64,000 bases of DNA from a virus. Position numbers and translations under genes: made by a program. Position 1 is the first letter of the stretch, and every line of letters starts with the position of its first letter. Where the stretch lies: positions 20,631 to 84,630 of the IMG/VR virus record IMGVR_UViG_3300035564_000075. One strand, 5' to 3'. Under the pieces are notes generated by a model. The model ran no database searches and was not told the origin of the DNA. It saw only the letters and a program-made list of their open reading frames with translations. Shown here in pieces: positions 37,961 to 48,101 of this stretch.

Positions 37961-39046
37961 TTATATCTCCTTTACAAAAGGACTCTTCTTAGTGGCTTGT
38001 TCAATTTCTGCAATCATGGCTATCGGATCACTGATACTAAATTGCACCATGTTGGTCAAGGCACTTTGAATTGCACGTTCCAGAGTCTGTGGTACTATCA
38101 TTACAAAGATGTTACCACCTGGGATGGCAGTCATTTGCCCATCATAGATTGTAAACTCGGGTTGTTTTGTCAGAACAGTTCTAACTGTCTTGTCAGCAGG
38201 ATTGCTACTCCATGGCTTGACGGTTTCATCAGGAATTACTGCAAGGATAGCCGCAAAAGTGTCATTGAATTTCTTTTGTGCCTTCTCCTTCTCCCCTGGT
38301 ATCTGATCCTGAAGTTTATCAATTTGATCAACTAAGTCGTCATACTTCTCGGCTACAGTCTCGTAGTCGGGAGTGTCATGCATTCCCATGCCATCAAGTT
38401 TGTCCAGCTTGTCGTTCAGTCCGTCCCGTTCCACCCTTTTCTCCTTCAGTTGCTTGTCTAGACCAGTTGTAGTTGCAACCAGTTCATCAGCAGCATGGCG
38501 AATAAAGGGAATTGCGGCTCTTGTCCTAGACCAGTTATCTTCGATGGCAAGCACATCTTCAACACTCCATCCAACTGCTTTCATTTGGGTAAGCATCGGG
38601 AAGAAGTCTTCCAGCAAGAATTTGATGTCATTGAGTTCCCCGCCTCTATCACGAATTCCAGCATCTACCAGAAATTCGATGACAGTCTCATATTCACCAA
38701 AATGATAGGCACCAGTCTGTTTGACTTTCCACGCTAGAAACGCAAAAGCACGATCGAAGGCTTCACTCTTCTTTCTAGCATGAATCACGGCAGACATCAG
38801 AGACTTTGCCATCTCACGTGTGCGAACAAGCATTTCTGAAGGATCTGGAATTGGACGACCAGCAATTTCTGCTTCCTTTACGGCTTTCAGGTGCTCACTC
38901 CAGAATACAGCAGAGTACAAGTCTTTTGCAATATCTTTCTCCATGCCAGGATAGTCCTCGGTCATCCAGCGTGGTACATCCTTGATAGGCGGCTCTGGAA
39001 TCTCCCACTGCTCCATATCTGCGGTCATTGTGCTTAGATCAAACAT
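37961..39046 (-). CDS. Hypothetical coiled-coil protein
   Basis: 361-aa helical ORF downstream of the ParB-like gene, AAGGAG RBS. Confidence 0.65.
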   Translation of the reverse strand: MFDLSTMTADMEQWEIPEPPIKDVPRWMTEDYPGMEKDIAKDLYSAVFWSEHLKAVKEAEIAGRPIPDPSEMLVRTREMAKSLMSAVIHARKKSEAFDRAFAFLAWKVKQTGAYHFGEYETVIEFLVDAGIRDRGGELNDIKFLLEDFFPMLTQMKAVGWSVEDVLAIEDNWSRTRAAIPFIRHAADELVATTTGLDKQLKEKRVERDGLNDKLDKLDGMGMHDTPDYETVAEKYDDLVDQIDKLQDQIPGEKEKAQKKFNDTFAAILAVIPDETVKPWSSNPADKTVRTVLTKQPEFTIYDGQMTAIPGGNIFVMIVPQTLERAIQSALTNMVQFSISDPIAMIAEIEQATKKSPFVKEI

Positions 39047-39234
39047 ATTGTCTCCTTATAAGTCCAGTTCATCCAGAACATGCAAATCATGTTCCATGGG
39101 AACTGATACCTCATCACCGTCTGGAGTATATCCCACAATCTCACCGTTGTCAATATGATCAACAGTGAATGGAACATTTCCATCAGACTCAATAACTATG
39201 TCACCTTCATTGGGCAATGCGCCATCCAAGTTCA

Positions 39235-40017
39235 TTATTCCTCCTGTGCAAGAAGTTTGTCAATATGAGCCTTGCCTCTCATAACAGCTTGTTCTGGATC
39301 GCTCGTTATTAGAATCTCACGAATTTCCATTAAATCATCTCGTGTGAAGATCCTGCGTGGATTGCCAGGACCCGAGAATGACATAGTTACAGCAGTTGCT
39401 TCTGCCTGTGTCAAGCGATGATGTGCCATAACCATGTCCATGGTCAGTTTCTTCTTGGGGCTCTGCTCCATCTCGATCTTGCATTCTGCCTGAACTGGCG
39501 TAGATAGCTTGCCAACCTCTTTGGCAACATTTACAACCATATTGCCCTGTTGGATAGCAACAAGTGCCCAGTCCGGAACTCTGGCAAAGTCCATATCCAG
39601 CTTTTTCACGTAAGTAACGGAAGTGCCAATAAGTTTCGAAATTACTGTGTAATTCTTTCCCGCTAATAGCAGCTTTTTCACAGCTTGATAGTCAGAGACA
39701 GGATTTGCACTGGATTGAGCATTTTCAACCAGTGTGATCCAACCACCATCCTCTTCATCACCCTTGAGAATGCGAACATCAATATTTCCACTGGAACGAC
39801 CATCTTCTTTCAATTGTCGCACTGCTAGCAATCTCCGTCTGCCAGCTTCCAGATGAAATATCCCAAGATCATCCATCCTGACTATAATTGGGTTCAGTTG
39901 CCGAATTGCCATAGTGTCAACAAAGCCCTTATCAGGTTTTTGCCGATTTATATCACTATTTTTGGGCAAGCGGTTATCATCACAATCCCATACTTGGTCG
40001 TCAACCCATGTAAGCAT
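39235..40017 (-). CDS. ParB/Spo0J/KorB-like protein (ParB N-terminal domain + HTH)
   Basis: QLNPIIV..LEAGRRRLLA (GxxR arginine patch), LVENAQ, and HTH GKNYTVISKLIGTSVTYVKKL. Confidence 0.85.
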   Translation of the reverse strand: MLTWVDDQVWDCDDNRLPKNSDINRQKPDKGFVDTMAIRQLNPIIVRMDDLGIFHLEAGRRRLLAVRQLKEDGRSSGNIDVRILKGDEEDGGWITLVENAQSSANPVSDYQAVKKLLLAGKNYTVISKLIGTSVTYVKKLDMDFARVPDWALVAIQQGNMVVNVAKEVGKLSTPVQAECKIEMEQSPKKKLTMDMVMAHHRLTQAEATAVTMSFSGPGNPRRIFTRDDLMEIREILITSDPEQAVMRGKAHIDKLLAQEE

Positions 40018-40262
40018 ATTAGCCTCCTCTTACGCTATTTTTGAACTCGGATAGCATTTCACCAACCATATTCAGCACACCAGATAATGCTTCTGCTTCT
40101 TCTGCCGAAAACTCATATGAAACTTTAGATTTGCTTCCATCTGCAAAAGCAAGTTCCAGAGTCATATCTGGAGAGGCAAGCAAGTCAAGTTGTTTTTTCA
40201 GCAAGCCAACATCAACGCCATCTATACATAACCGTTGCAGCTTATTTGCCACTTTTGTCTCC

Positions 40263-41057
40263 CTATAGGCTAACAATCTTTACAACTTGCAAACGTTCAT
40301 CCAGTGATTTGAGTGCATCCAGTGCAGCTTTCTCAGTATGCATCTCTTTATCTTCATAAACACGCCAATAAGCCATTCTGCCAATTGGCAGTTTGAAGAA
40401 TGCAGCAGGATAGAATTCGGTACCATCCAGAACCTTTGCACCAGTGTAGGTAAAGGATGGCATAGTTCTCTTTACTGCATCTGTATCCTTGCCAAGAGGT
40501 TCACCATCAACCAGTGCATCATAGAGAATGCGATGGCAAGTGATACCAAAGTCAACATGATTGTCATTATGGTCTGGAATGTCTCTAGGACACTTCCTGG
40601 CACCTACATTACGCCAATATGGAGTAGGATCTACAATGCCAGCACGAGCATGTACTGCATAGTAGTTACTCTCTGGTGTAAGCAGATTGAATTGCAATGT
40701 GCGTTGCACAAGCTGGTGGAATCCCAGTTTCATCACTTCTTCCAGCCAGTCCATAGGATTAGGATAGTTCTCTGCACCAATCCAATCCCACATATCATAA
40801 ACTTGCTTTCCTTCCTTGTTGAAAACAGGAAATATGTCCGTCTTAATAGTTTCAAGATTCAGTGCATGTGTATATCTTGGCCGAAGATCCATACCCTGTC
40901 GTGATATATCAAAATTGTCAGTAAGTGGAATGGTGGGACAAATTGCAAATGCCCATACTGGCATTCCCGCAACTTCACCCTTTTCGTCTACATCAACTAC
41001 GATATAGGCTTTTCCAGGTTGTGGCATTCCACAACCACGTGGCAGGATTCTATTCAC
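40263..41057 (-). CDS. Phage hypothetical protein
   Basis: GTG start after AAGGAAG; RGCG..G.AY N-terminal motif. Confidence 0.6.
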   Translation of the reverse strand: MNRILPRGCGMPQPGKAYIVVDVDEKGEVAGMPVWAFAICPTIPLTDNFDISRQGMDLRPRYTHALNLETIKTDIFPVFNKEGKQVYDMWDWIGAENYPNPMDWLEEVMKLGFHQLVQRTLQFNLLTPESNYYAVHARAGIVDPTPYWRNVGARKCPRDIPDHNDNHVDFGITCHRILYDALVDGEPLGKDTDAVKRTMPSFTYTGAKVLDGTEFYPAAFFKLPIGRMAYWRVYEDKEMHTEKAALDALKSLDERLQVVKIVSL

Positions 41058-41427
41058 GTTGCTTCCTTTCTCTTTTGAAGGGAATCTTCTCAATCAATTT
41101 CACTTTCTTGGCAAGATGAGTTCCTTTTGGAAGTTCTGCTAGAAGCTTGGAGTATGAACGTGGCGTCCATATCTTCACTCCATCACTGGGTACATACTCA
41201 CACATGTATATTGCAACATGGTAAGTTCTGCCCACATAATCCCTCTTGAGAAATACCCTAGCAGCCTCTTTAGACGAGAACACACAAAGAGGACCAAAAT
41301 TATACATTGGCACCGTCCATCTATTGATATGGTATTTATGCAGGCCAATCATTGTGTATGAGGTTTTACTTCCATTCACTTCACTGACAACCTTATATCC
41401 ATATTTAGTCTTTTCTTTTGTGCTCAT
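41050..41427 (-). CDS. Paralog family member A (GYKVV/GPLCVF/CEYVPS)
   Basis: Shares motifs with the three neighbouring ORFs. Confidence 0.75.
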   Translation of the reverse strand: MSTKEKTKYGYKVVSEVNGSKTSYTMIGLHKYHINRWTVPMYNFGPLCVFSSKEAARVFLKRDYVGRTYHVAIYMCEYVPSDGVKIWTPRSYSKLLAELPKGTHLAKKVKLIEKIPFKRERKQRE

Positions 41428-41811
41428 TTACCACTTCCTTACTAGCTCAATGAGTTTTACTTTCTTGGCAAGTTTCGTTGTATACGGCAAAAGAAGCATT
41501 GGCATAGTAGTTGGGTATGGATAGTTTGCCTTTGATGGCGTCCATACAGCTAACTCCGGAGATGGCACATACTCACACAGGTATAGTTCTCCTTCGCCAA
41601 ACTTGAAGCTATCTGCTTGGTTTATCATAAACAGATAGGCTTCTGAAGAATCACTAAAAACGCATAGAGGTCCACATTTTCGTCTGGGATATACCCATTC
41701 ATTTACCTTGTATTCAACAATGCTTCTGGGATACCTACCATAGATAATGATAGACATTCTCTTGTCACCCACAACTCTTACTACCTTGTAACCCTGCAAA
41801 GTCTTAGCCAC
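41428..41811 (-). CDS. Paralog family member B
   Basis: GYKVV..CGPLCVF..CEYVPS..LAKKVKL. Confidence 0.75.
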   Translation of the reverse strand: MAKTLQGYKVVRVVGDKRMSIIIYGRYPRSIVEYKVNEWVYPRRKCGPLCVFSDSSEAYLFMINQADSFKFGEGELYLCEYVPSPELAVWTPSKANYPYPTTMPMLLLPYTTKLAKKVKLIELVRKW

Positions 41812-42181
41812 GAACGCTCAACCTTTCTGGTGTCCCATATATCTTGACACATTCTGCTGTTTTGGTGCCAATGGGTAACATTCCCTTTGAAAACGTAGTA
41901 TCACCATCCCATAAACTGGAATCGCAAGATGGTACATACTCACATTCGAAAACATACATATTTGTTCTCTCGGGATTATATCCAACTTGTTCATACTTCC
42001 AGAATTCATACAGTTCATAAAGACTTTCGAATACACACAATGGTCCAAAAGTTGATCCATGAGTGACAAACTCGTCCGGACGGTACACAACTTCTGCGCC
42101 TTTGCCTATATTCTCCAGCATAGAATAGTATTGTCCATTCCAATAACGTACTATCTTATAACCCTTTTGTGTCTGGGACAT
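41804..42181 (-). CDS. Paralog family member C
   Basis: GYKIV..FGPLCVF..CEYVPS..LPIGT. Confidence 0.75.
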   Translation of the reverse strand: MSQTQKGYKIVRYWNGQYYSMLENIGKGAEVVYRPDEFVTHGSTFGPLCVFESLYELYEFWKYEQVGYNPERTNMYVFECEYVPSCDSSLWDGDTTFSKGMLPIGTKTAECVKIYGTPERLSVRG

Positions 42182-42390
42182 TCTCTATCTTTCCTTCCTC
42201 TGCAAGATATTGAATCTGAAACTTGATTTCATCAATCAAAGCAACATCACCAAGTGCATCCTTTACAGCTTCTGCGATAGTATTGAGATCTTTTTTGGAC
42301 ATGCGCTTATATCCGTAATCAACAACATCGGCAAAGTCTACTGTGAACGTAACCGTCATCTTCTTAGAACTTTGTGCTTGTTTGCTCATA

Positions 42391-42807
42391 CTACCTCATC
42401 ATAGTTATTCTAGCTTCCATTGTGTCCATTCTTTTGTAAAGTTGTGTGATAATCACCACTTTAGCAAGATAGGTGCCATAGGGTAGAATATTCTTTGGCG
42501 TTCTATCATATCCAATTGAAATTCCATCATCAGCAACATAAATAGCTCTTGCATAAGATGGAATAAATCTACACGTATAGATTTCTCCAATCTTATCACC
42601 ATGACTTGTTGACTTTAATTCTCCTAGTAGGAAGTCAAATGCTCTCTTATAGTTGCCAAACACACATATAGGGCCGCAATTCTTCTGTGGAAGAGTGGGT
42701 TCCCACAACTTATACTCAAGCATTCCCTGAGGTCTGTCTTCTATAAAAGACACCCTCTTATCTCCTTTGACAAGAACAACCTTGTAGCCAAACTTGTAAT
42801 CGTTCAT
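42391..42807 (-). CDS. Paralog family member D
   Basis: GYKVV..CGPICVF..CRFIPS..LPYGTYLAK. Confidence 0.75.
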   Translation of the reverse strand: MNDYKFGYKVVLVKGDKRVSFIEDRPQGMLEYKLWEPTLPQKNCGPICVFGNYKRAFDFLLGELKSTSHGDKIGEIYTCRFIPSYARAIYVADDGISIGYDRTPKNILPYGTYLAKVVIITQLYKRMDTMEARITMMR

Positions 42808-43385
42808 TCTTTCCTTTCTGGCTTATAACCTGTGGTGTCCAACCATGTCTTGTCTATCATCATGCTAGCAATATGCTTGGAATAGACAGGTACATTCAAT
42901 ATCTCTGCAGCCACTGCTATGGCAACATCATGGTTGAAAAACCAACTGTCGGTAACTGCATCAGTATTACGTTGCACAATCCCGATTATCTTGGCACCCC
43001 ACGATCGTAGAACAAAGGTATGTCGCAGATCGTGCCAACGCCCAGGCTTGGTATTTCCTTCAGGACCATACCAGATGTCTACTGTACCATAGAGATTGAG
43101 TAGGCAGTATACAGCTTGTGGATGGTCATCATACTCCTTTAGAGCCTCAAAGTTGGGCGAGGAATATAAACCGCAGGTGCAATCCTTACCGATCGTACCA
43201 GTGAAACCAGGATTGCATTTCTCACACTCTGCAATCATCCTACGGTCAGCAGACCAGAGAAACTCTTGTCTACCATATCTCACTACTGGTGAACTGAATG
43301 CTTTCTTGTCAAGATCCAGCACCAGGATCTTCATGCTTAGTAACATATTACTCCATTTCCCAACGGAAACTGGTATTGCACTCAC
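42804..43385 (-). CDS. Phage hypothetical protein (CTCGLY motif)
   Basis: AEC..CTCGLYS..LYGTV..LRS layout. Confidence 0.55.
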   Translation of the reverse strand: MSAIPVSVGKWSNMLLSMKILVLDLDKKAFSSPVVRYGRQEFLWSADRRMIAECEKCNPGFTGTIGKDCTCGLYSSPNFEALKEYDDHPQAVYCLLNLYGTVDIWYGPEGNTKPGRWHDLRHTFVLRSWGAKIIGIVQRNTDAVTDSWFFNHDVAIAVAAEILNVPVYSKHIASMMIDKTWLDTTGYKPERKE

Positions 43386-45025
43386 TACAAGTTACCCAGT
43401 CTCCCGCATGATGTTCATCCTCCACATTGCCACACTTAGGACATTCCCAAGAACAACAAACACTATACAACATTACAATCCTTTTGCTCTTCTTAGGAAC
43501 TATAGGAGCAGGAGGAGGAGCTTCAGTTGTGCTACCCTCATTAGAAGCAGTCATATTAGCATCCTTTCATGGCATCTTGCAACACTTTTACCACGTGATC
43601 TTCGCCTTCGTCTTCTTCATCCCAACGACCGTCCAGAGTAGTGACAGCTTCATCCATTGCTTCTTTATATTTTCTTAGTTTGCTAACAAGAGTCCAAACT
43701 GTGTTTGCTATCATGTTTTTATGGGTATGATTCATGTTTACAAGATCCAGTCCAAGATACTCAATTACATCACCAGTATCACTAAATTTATGATCAGTAA
43801 TGTCATTATTGTCATCGAATATGTTCATTGTGCTCTCCTCTTAGGCTCTGGCAAAGATTCTCGCTTGATAGCAGGAACCTCTTCTGGAGTCTTCCTAGTA
43901 GGAATTGTATACTGAATTCGCACAGGATCTTCCTTAGGCAATTCAATTGTTTCCTTACGTTTGCTTCTTCTCATTTTGTCCTATGGCACCACTCACTATG
44001 CATACCATCCAGCCATCCACAATACTCACACTTGGATAGTTCTTTAGAACGGTATCCTACCAACACACCTGGGCCACAACCAAGATTAGCACTGGCATCA
44101 ACCCAAGGACCAAACTTGCTATTGATCATGTCTGCAATACCACGCGCACGATTCTTGAATCTTGTCTCGATAGAGAAAGTTCCACTGGATAGAACGTAAT
44201 CAGGCAATCGAATTTTGTGCCATGAGTAAGTATTTACATAGTCAACAATCTCTTTGGGAGTAGGTTTCTTCATACATCACCCACTACAGACATCAGTTTC
44301 TATCTCAAGAGTATCAGTCCCTGAATTGTACAGAATGTCTTCAACTTCTCCTTCTGCACCATAGCAACCAATCACAACTATTTCTATATCTCCATATTCC
44401 TCTAGCATATGTCGCAATCTTTTTGCCATCTCTGATAATGTCATAGTTTTTCTCCTTTCAACTCTATGATTTGTTCTTGTGCACGATCGTAGAGATCTTT
44501 CATCATATCATACTTTCGCTGATAGGAACTCAATCTTGCCAGAGCAATATTCAAGGCATCTCTTATATTGCCCTTGCCAACCTTGACAATCCAATCATCA
44601 ATCTCCTGTGATACGGTTTTTGATGTCATCTGGAATACCTACCCATGGAGTTTTCTTTGCCACTGGGAAACGTATAAAGACGTCCTCGTAGCAAGCAGTG
44701 CAACGGGATGAACGTGTTGTGCGCTCAACTTTATTGACCGTACCGCAAATAGGACAGGTGAAGTCCCACAATTCAGGATCATCAGAGGGATTGTTTATGC
44801 TGGCGGATTCCATAGCCACTCCTTATGGTTGCTGGATGAACTGGAATTTCAAGCCAATATCTATCTTGAAGTGTTCTTATATCGAAAACCTGTCTCAAAC
44901 CACGCCACCAGATATAAACTTTATATCCATACCAGTAGCGTGCTTTTACCCAACCACCATCCCATTCCAGTAAAAAGTCATGCTCCTTATCTGGTTCTTG
45001 TTCTGAAATAAGTTTCCATTCCATA

Positions 45026-45385
45026 TTATGCCTGCTTGAACGCAAAACCAGCCATATGATCAGCTTCTGCCATCTCTTTGATTGATAGAAGATACTCTTT
45101 CAATCCAGGAGCATTCTGTAGTTCTCCAGAGAATTTCACTTCAACCAGAAGTGCTTGCTGATGTTCTTTGTAAGTGAGTATTTTAGTGCCATGCCTACGG
45201 TTGTTATGCACACAGATGTCGCAATAGCAACCCTTGCTCTCTGCTTCCTCAATTCTTGGGCCATCTAAATATATACCTTCTCCATCAAGATGGCAAGGTT
45301 TGATCATATAGGGGTGAGGCACACCAATTGTATCAATCACTGCATACATTTCAGTTTTAGGGTACTTCTTCAGCTTCTCATCCAT
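45026..45385 (-). CDS. Hypothetical zinc-binding protein
   Basis: GVPHPY..H..CDIC..H; start moved to MDEKLK, which has a GAGGAG RBS. Confidence 0.55.
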   Translation of the reverse strand: MDEKLKKYPKTEMYAVIDTIGVPHPYMIKPCHLDGEGIYLDGPRIEEAESKGCYCDICVHNNRRHGTKILTYKEHQQALLVEVKFSGELQNAPGLKEYLLSIKEMAEADHMAGFAFKQA

Positions 45386-45389
45386 GTTA

Positions 45390-45737
45390 TCACTCCTCTG
45401 TCTTGGTGAATTTGATTTCACCAGTACGGACAAACAAAGTGCGATCAATCGATATTCTCATTGGAGTACCAGTCAATTTGAAAAATTCATCCCATTCATC
45501 TATAAAATCAAACAGTTTCTTCATATATCTTTTAGTGTATGGTTTTTCTCCATCAAGTAAACCGCCATTCTCATCAGCAAAGAAGGCAGTTCCCATCCCC
45601 ATAACAAACTCTTCCATATTTAGATGCTTTCTTAGTATATGACGAGCCATGTCCTCAACTATTTCCAGGGCAAGTTCGTCAGCTTCGTTGTACTTTTTCT
45701 CTAGAATCAGGGTCTTTCGATAAATATCCTTGTCCAT
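45390..45737 (-). CDS. Hypothetical protein
   Basis: 115-aa ORF with AAGGAG RBS. Confidence 0.55.
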   Translation of the reverse strand: MDKDIYRKTLILEKKYNEADELALEIVEDMARHILRKHLNMEEFVMGMGTAFFADENGGLLDGEKPYTKRYMKKLFDFIDEWDEFFKLTGTPMRISIDRTLFVRTGEIKFTKTEE

Positions 45738-45753
45738 GATGCTCCTTTTTCTG

Positions 45754-45769
45754 GGGTATAATTATACCC
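45754..45769. promoter_or_regulatory. Perfect 16-bp palindrome GGGTATAATTATACCC with a TATAAT on each strand
   Basis: Sits between divergent ATGs at 45737 (-) and 45770 (+). Confidence 0.7.
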
Positions 45770-46252
45770 ATGGACACAGAACTAATCAAAATAAGTCTCA
45801 TGCAAGTATACTACACTATGGCTATTGAAGGAATGTCCAAGAGAGAAGCCTGCGAAAAGCTAGGTATCAATTGGTCAACCTTCATGTATTGGCAATCAGA
45901 GCACCCTGAAGTATACAGAGAATTCTCCGATCGACAAACAGAACTTCTGAAGATAAATGCTGTACAACTGCAAACAGCACATCAGGAAGTTCTAAATAAA
46001 CTAGTCGCACAAGCCAGTGTAGTTACCAATCTATCTGACATTCTCGCCTTGGAGTCTAGATTGCGTGTACTATCCGCTGAAGCTAAACTAAACTCTGGCG
46101 AGGATAGTGCACAGCAAAAGGCTGCTGCCAACTTCTTGACTGGTATACACCAAGTTCCTGGCATATCCAAGATCACTCGAACAACCGAAACAGTTGAATT
46201 TGGTGCTGACGAGAATACCATAGATGGTGAAGTGAAAGAACTTGACAAGTAA
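45770..46252 (+). CDS. HTH protein, terminase small subunit-like
   Basis: GMSKREACEKLGINWSTFMYW HTH, then coiled coil and TIDGEV tail typical of TerS. Confidence 0.55.
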   Translation: MDTELIKISLMQVYYTMAIEGMSKREACEKLGINWSTFMYWQSEHPEVYREFSDRQTELLKINAVQLQTAHQEVLNKLVAQASVVTNLSDILALESRLRVLSAEAKLNSGEDSAQQKAAANFLTGIHQVPGISKITRTTETVEFGADENTIDGEVKELDK

Positions 46253-46990
46253 CTACGGCTTGCCAATTACTTTCTTTTGTGCATCAGAGATCTGGAAATG
46301 CATATCCAGTTGTGTCTTTAGCTCCAAGATGGCACCTTCTGCAGTATCATCATGGCAAGTGACTGAACCAATGTAAGGACCATGCTCATTGCGAAATTCT
46401 GCAGTGGCATCAAATCCTTCGGTATGATCACTTGACTGTAGAATAACCTGAAAGACAGATGGATAGTATTCTTCAGATGCAACAATCTCTCTCATAGTGC
46501 GGGAAATGTCGAACATTAGGATTCTCCTTCCGGATTGTTTGGATAGTTTATCCAAGTAGCCAATTCAGGAAACACAATATATGGAACATGGGACCTACAA
46601 TATTCTTGAACATCAGATGTATTAGACGAAACGATTATGGTAGACCAATTACAAACAGTGTTCTTTTGTTGTAGAATCACTTCTATGTGTCCACTAGGCA
46701 AACGATAGTGCACAAGTCGGTATTCATCAAGTATACCAGTTCCATGGCAATGCGGGCAAATTGTCATATTAGTCTCCTAGATGAGCTAAGCTTATATCTC
46801 TTTGAATCCTGTCACATTCTTTACTTGGTTCATCTTTACAGTGATGACAGAATCCATATCCGCAGACCATACATCTGGGACCATTATGATCACCATGATC
46901 GTATGCAAATATGTCAATTTCTCCATCTTCATTCCTTATCCAAGTATGTCCATGGGTATTTGTTCTATAATCGTATTGCATTCTAACTCC

Positions 46991-47701
46991 TTATTCGTCA
47001 AAAAGGTTGTCAAGGATATGGCTGGAGAATACTTCAATTTCAGTCATAAAGGCATCAAAGCTATACTCTTTTTCTCCATCCTCCATCAACTTATCGGTCA
47101 GTGTCTTCAAAAATAGTATGTCTATTCCCATCAATTGACCACGCAGATCCCTGAAACTGGTCATCTTGAGATTGTTGATTGATAATGCCAACTTGATAAT
47201 CTCAAGACCAGGAATAGTATACCCCTTTTTGATATATTTGCGTAGTCGGAATAGGGATGAGATTGGATACTTTCCAGCAGTATTGTAATACAGTTCTTTC
47301 CTTGCAATATGCTCAACAAAGTTTTCGTGCAGCACAAAGGTCATACCCTCGAAGTCATATGCACCCATGCAGATTGTATAATCAAATTGATCTATAACCT
47401 GCTGTGCACTACCAGATATAAGACTGGTTGATATAACTTGTACCTTGACACCATCTTTGGTGTATGTCTTAGCAGAATCAGATTTATATGACAATTCGTA
47501 ATCCAATTTCTCTATACCAGCAATGAATGTTTCTTCATCGATAGCTTTTCCAAAGAATACATCATAATCAGATATATACTCATTGGCGAAGATAGCTCGT
47601 ACTGCACCACCGGCTATGATGGCATGATTTGCAATAAGTAAGTCATATATTCCAGCCTTCTTCAGGTCTACCAGGAATAGATACTCTTGTTTACTATACA
47701 T
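46991..47701 (-). CDS. Nucleotidyltransferase (Pol-beta superfamily, polyA/CCA-like head)
   Basis: IIAGGAVRAIF..DYDVFF, FDYTICM, RLRKYIKKGY. Confidence 0.85.
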   Translation of the reverse strand: MYSKQEYLFLVDLKKAGIYDLLIANHAIIAGGAVRAIFANEYISDYDVFFGKAIDEETFIAGIEKLDYELSYKSDSAKTYTKDGVKVQVISTSLISGSAQQVIDQFDYTICMGAYDFEGMTFVLHENFVEHIARKELYYNTAGKYPISSLFRLRKYIKKGYTIPGLEIIKLALSINNLKMTSFRDLRGQLMGIDILFLKTLTDKLMEDGEKEYSFDAFMTEIEVFSSHILDNLFDE

Positions 47702-47722
47702 AGAGTTCCTTTCTAAAACACA

Positions 47723-47755
47723 ACTCCCCCAATTCCTATTAGGAAAAGGGGGAGT
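47723..47755 (-). terminator. Hairpin/terminator whose upper stem is the dispersed palindrome
   Basis: ACTCCCCC-AA-TTCCTA-T-TAGGAA-AA-GGGGGAGT, followed by TGTGTTTT on the - strand. Confidence 0.65.
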
Positions 47756-47778
47756 CGGTTTATTTATGAAACGATAGT

Positions 47779-48039
47779 TTATAGACCAAGCAGTGTGGTC
47801 AATGCAGTGACAAGATCTTCTGCAGTGTCCAGATCAAGCTGGATTCCACCATCGCGAGTCACATAGGGCTCGGGACCAGAATCAGCAAGTTTCTGCTTAT
47901 CTTCGCATCCAAAGATGCGAACTGTCTCGACACCACTGGCAACATCTGTCTCTAGCTCTACAGTAACTTCTGATAGAGTATGAAACAGACCATTGGTACC
48001 GAACAGTCGTGCCAAAGTAGTTACAGCAACGTCAGTCAT
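47779..48039 (-). CDS. Hypothetical acidic protein with its own promoter
   Basis: GGAGG RBS and an upstream extended -10. Confidence 0.6.
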   Translation of the reverse strand: MTDVAVTTLARLFGTNGLFHTLSEVTVELETDVASGVETVRIFGCEDKQKLADSGPEPYVTRDGGIQLDLDTAEDLVTALTTLLGL

Positions 48040-48088
48040 TAGAATTTCCTCCGAGGAAAAAGATTAGGTTGTGCGCACCTAGGAAGAA

Positions 48089-48097
48089 ATTATACCA
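48089..48097 (-). promoter_or_regulatory. Extended -10 promoter (TGgTATAAT)
   Basis: + strand attatacca in the intergenic gap. Confidence 0.6.
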
Positions 48098-48101
48098 TAG
48101 T

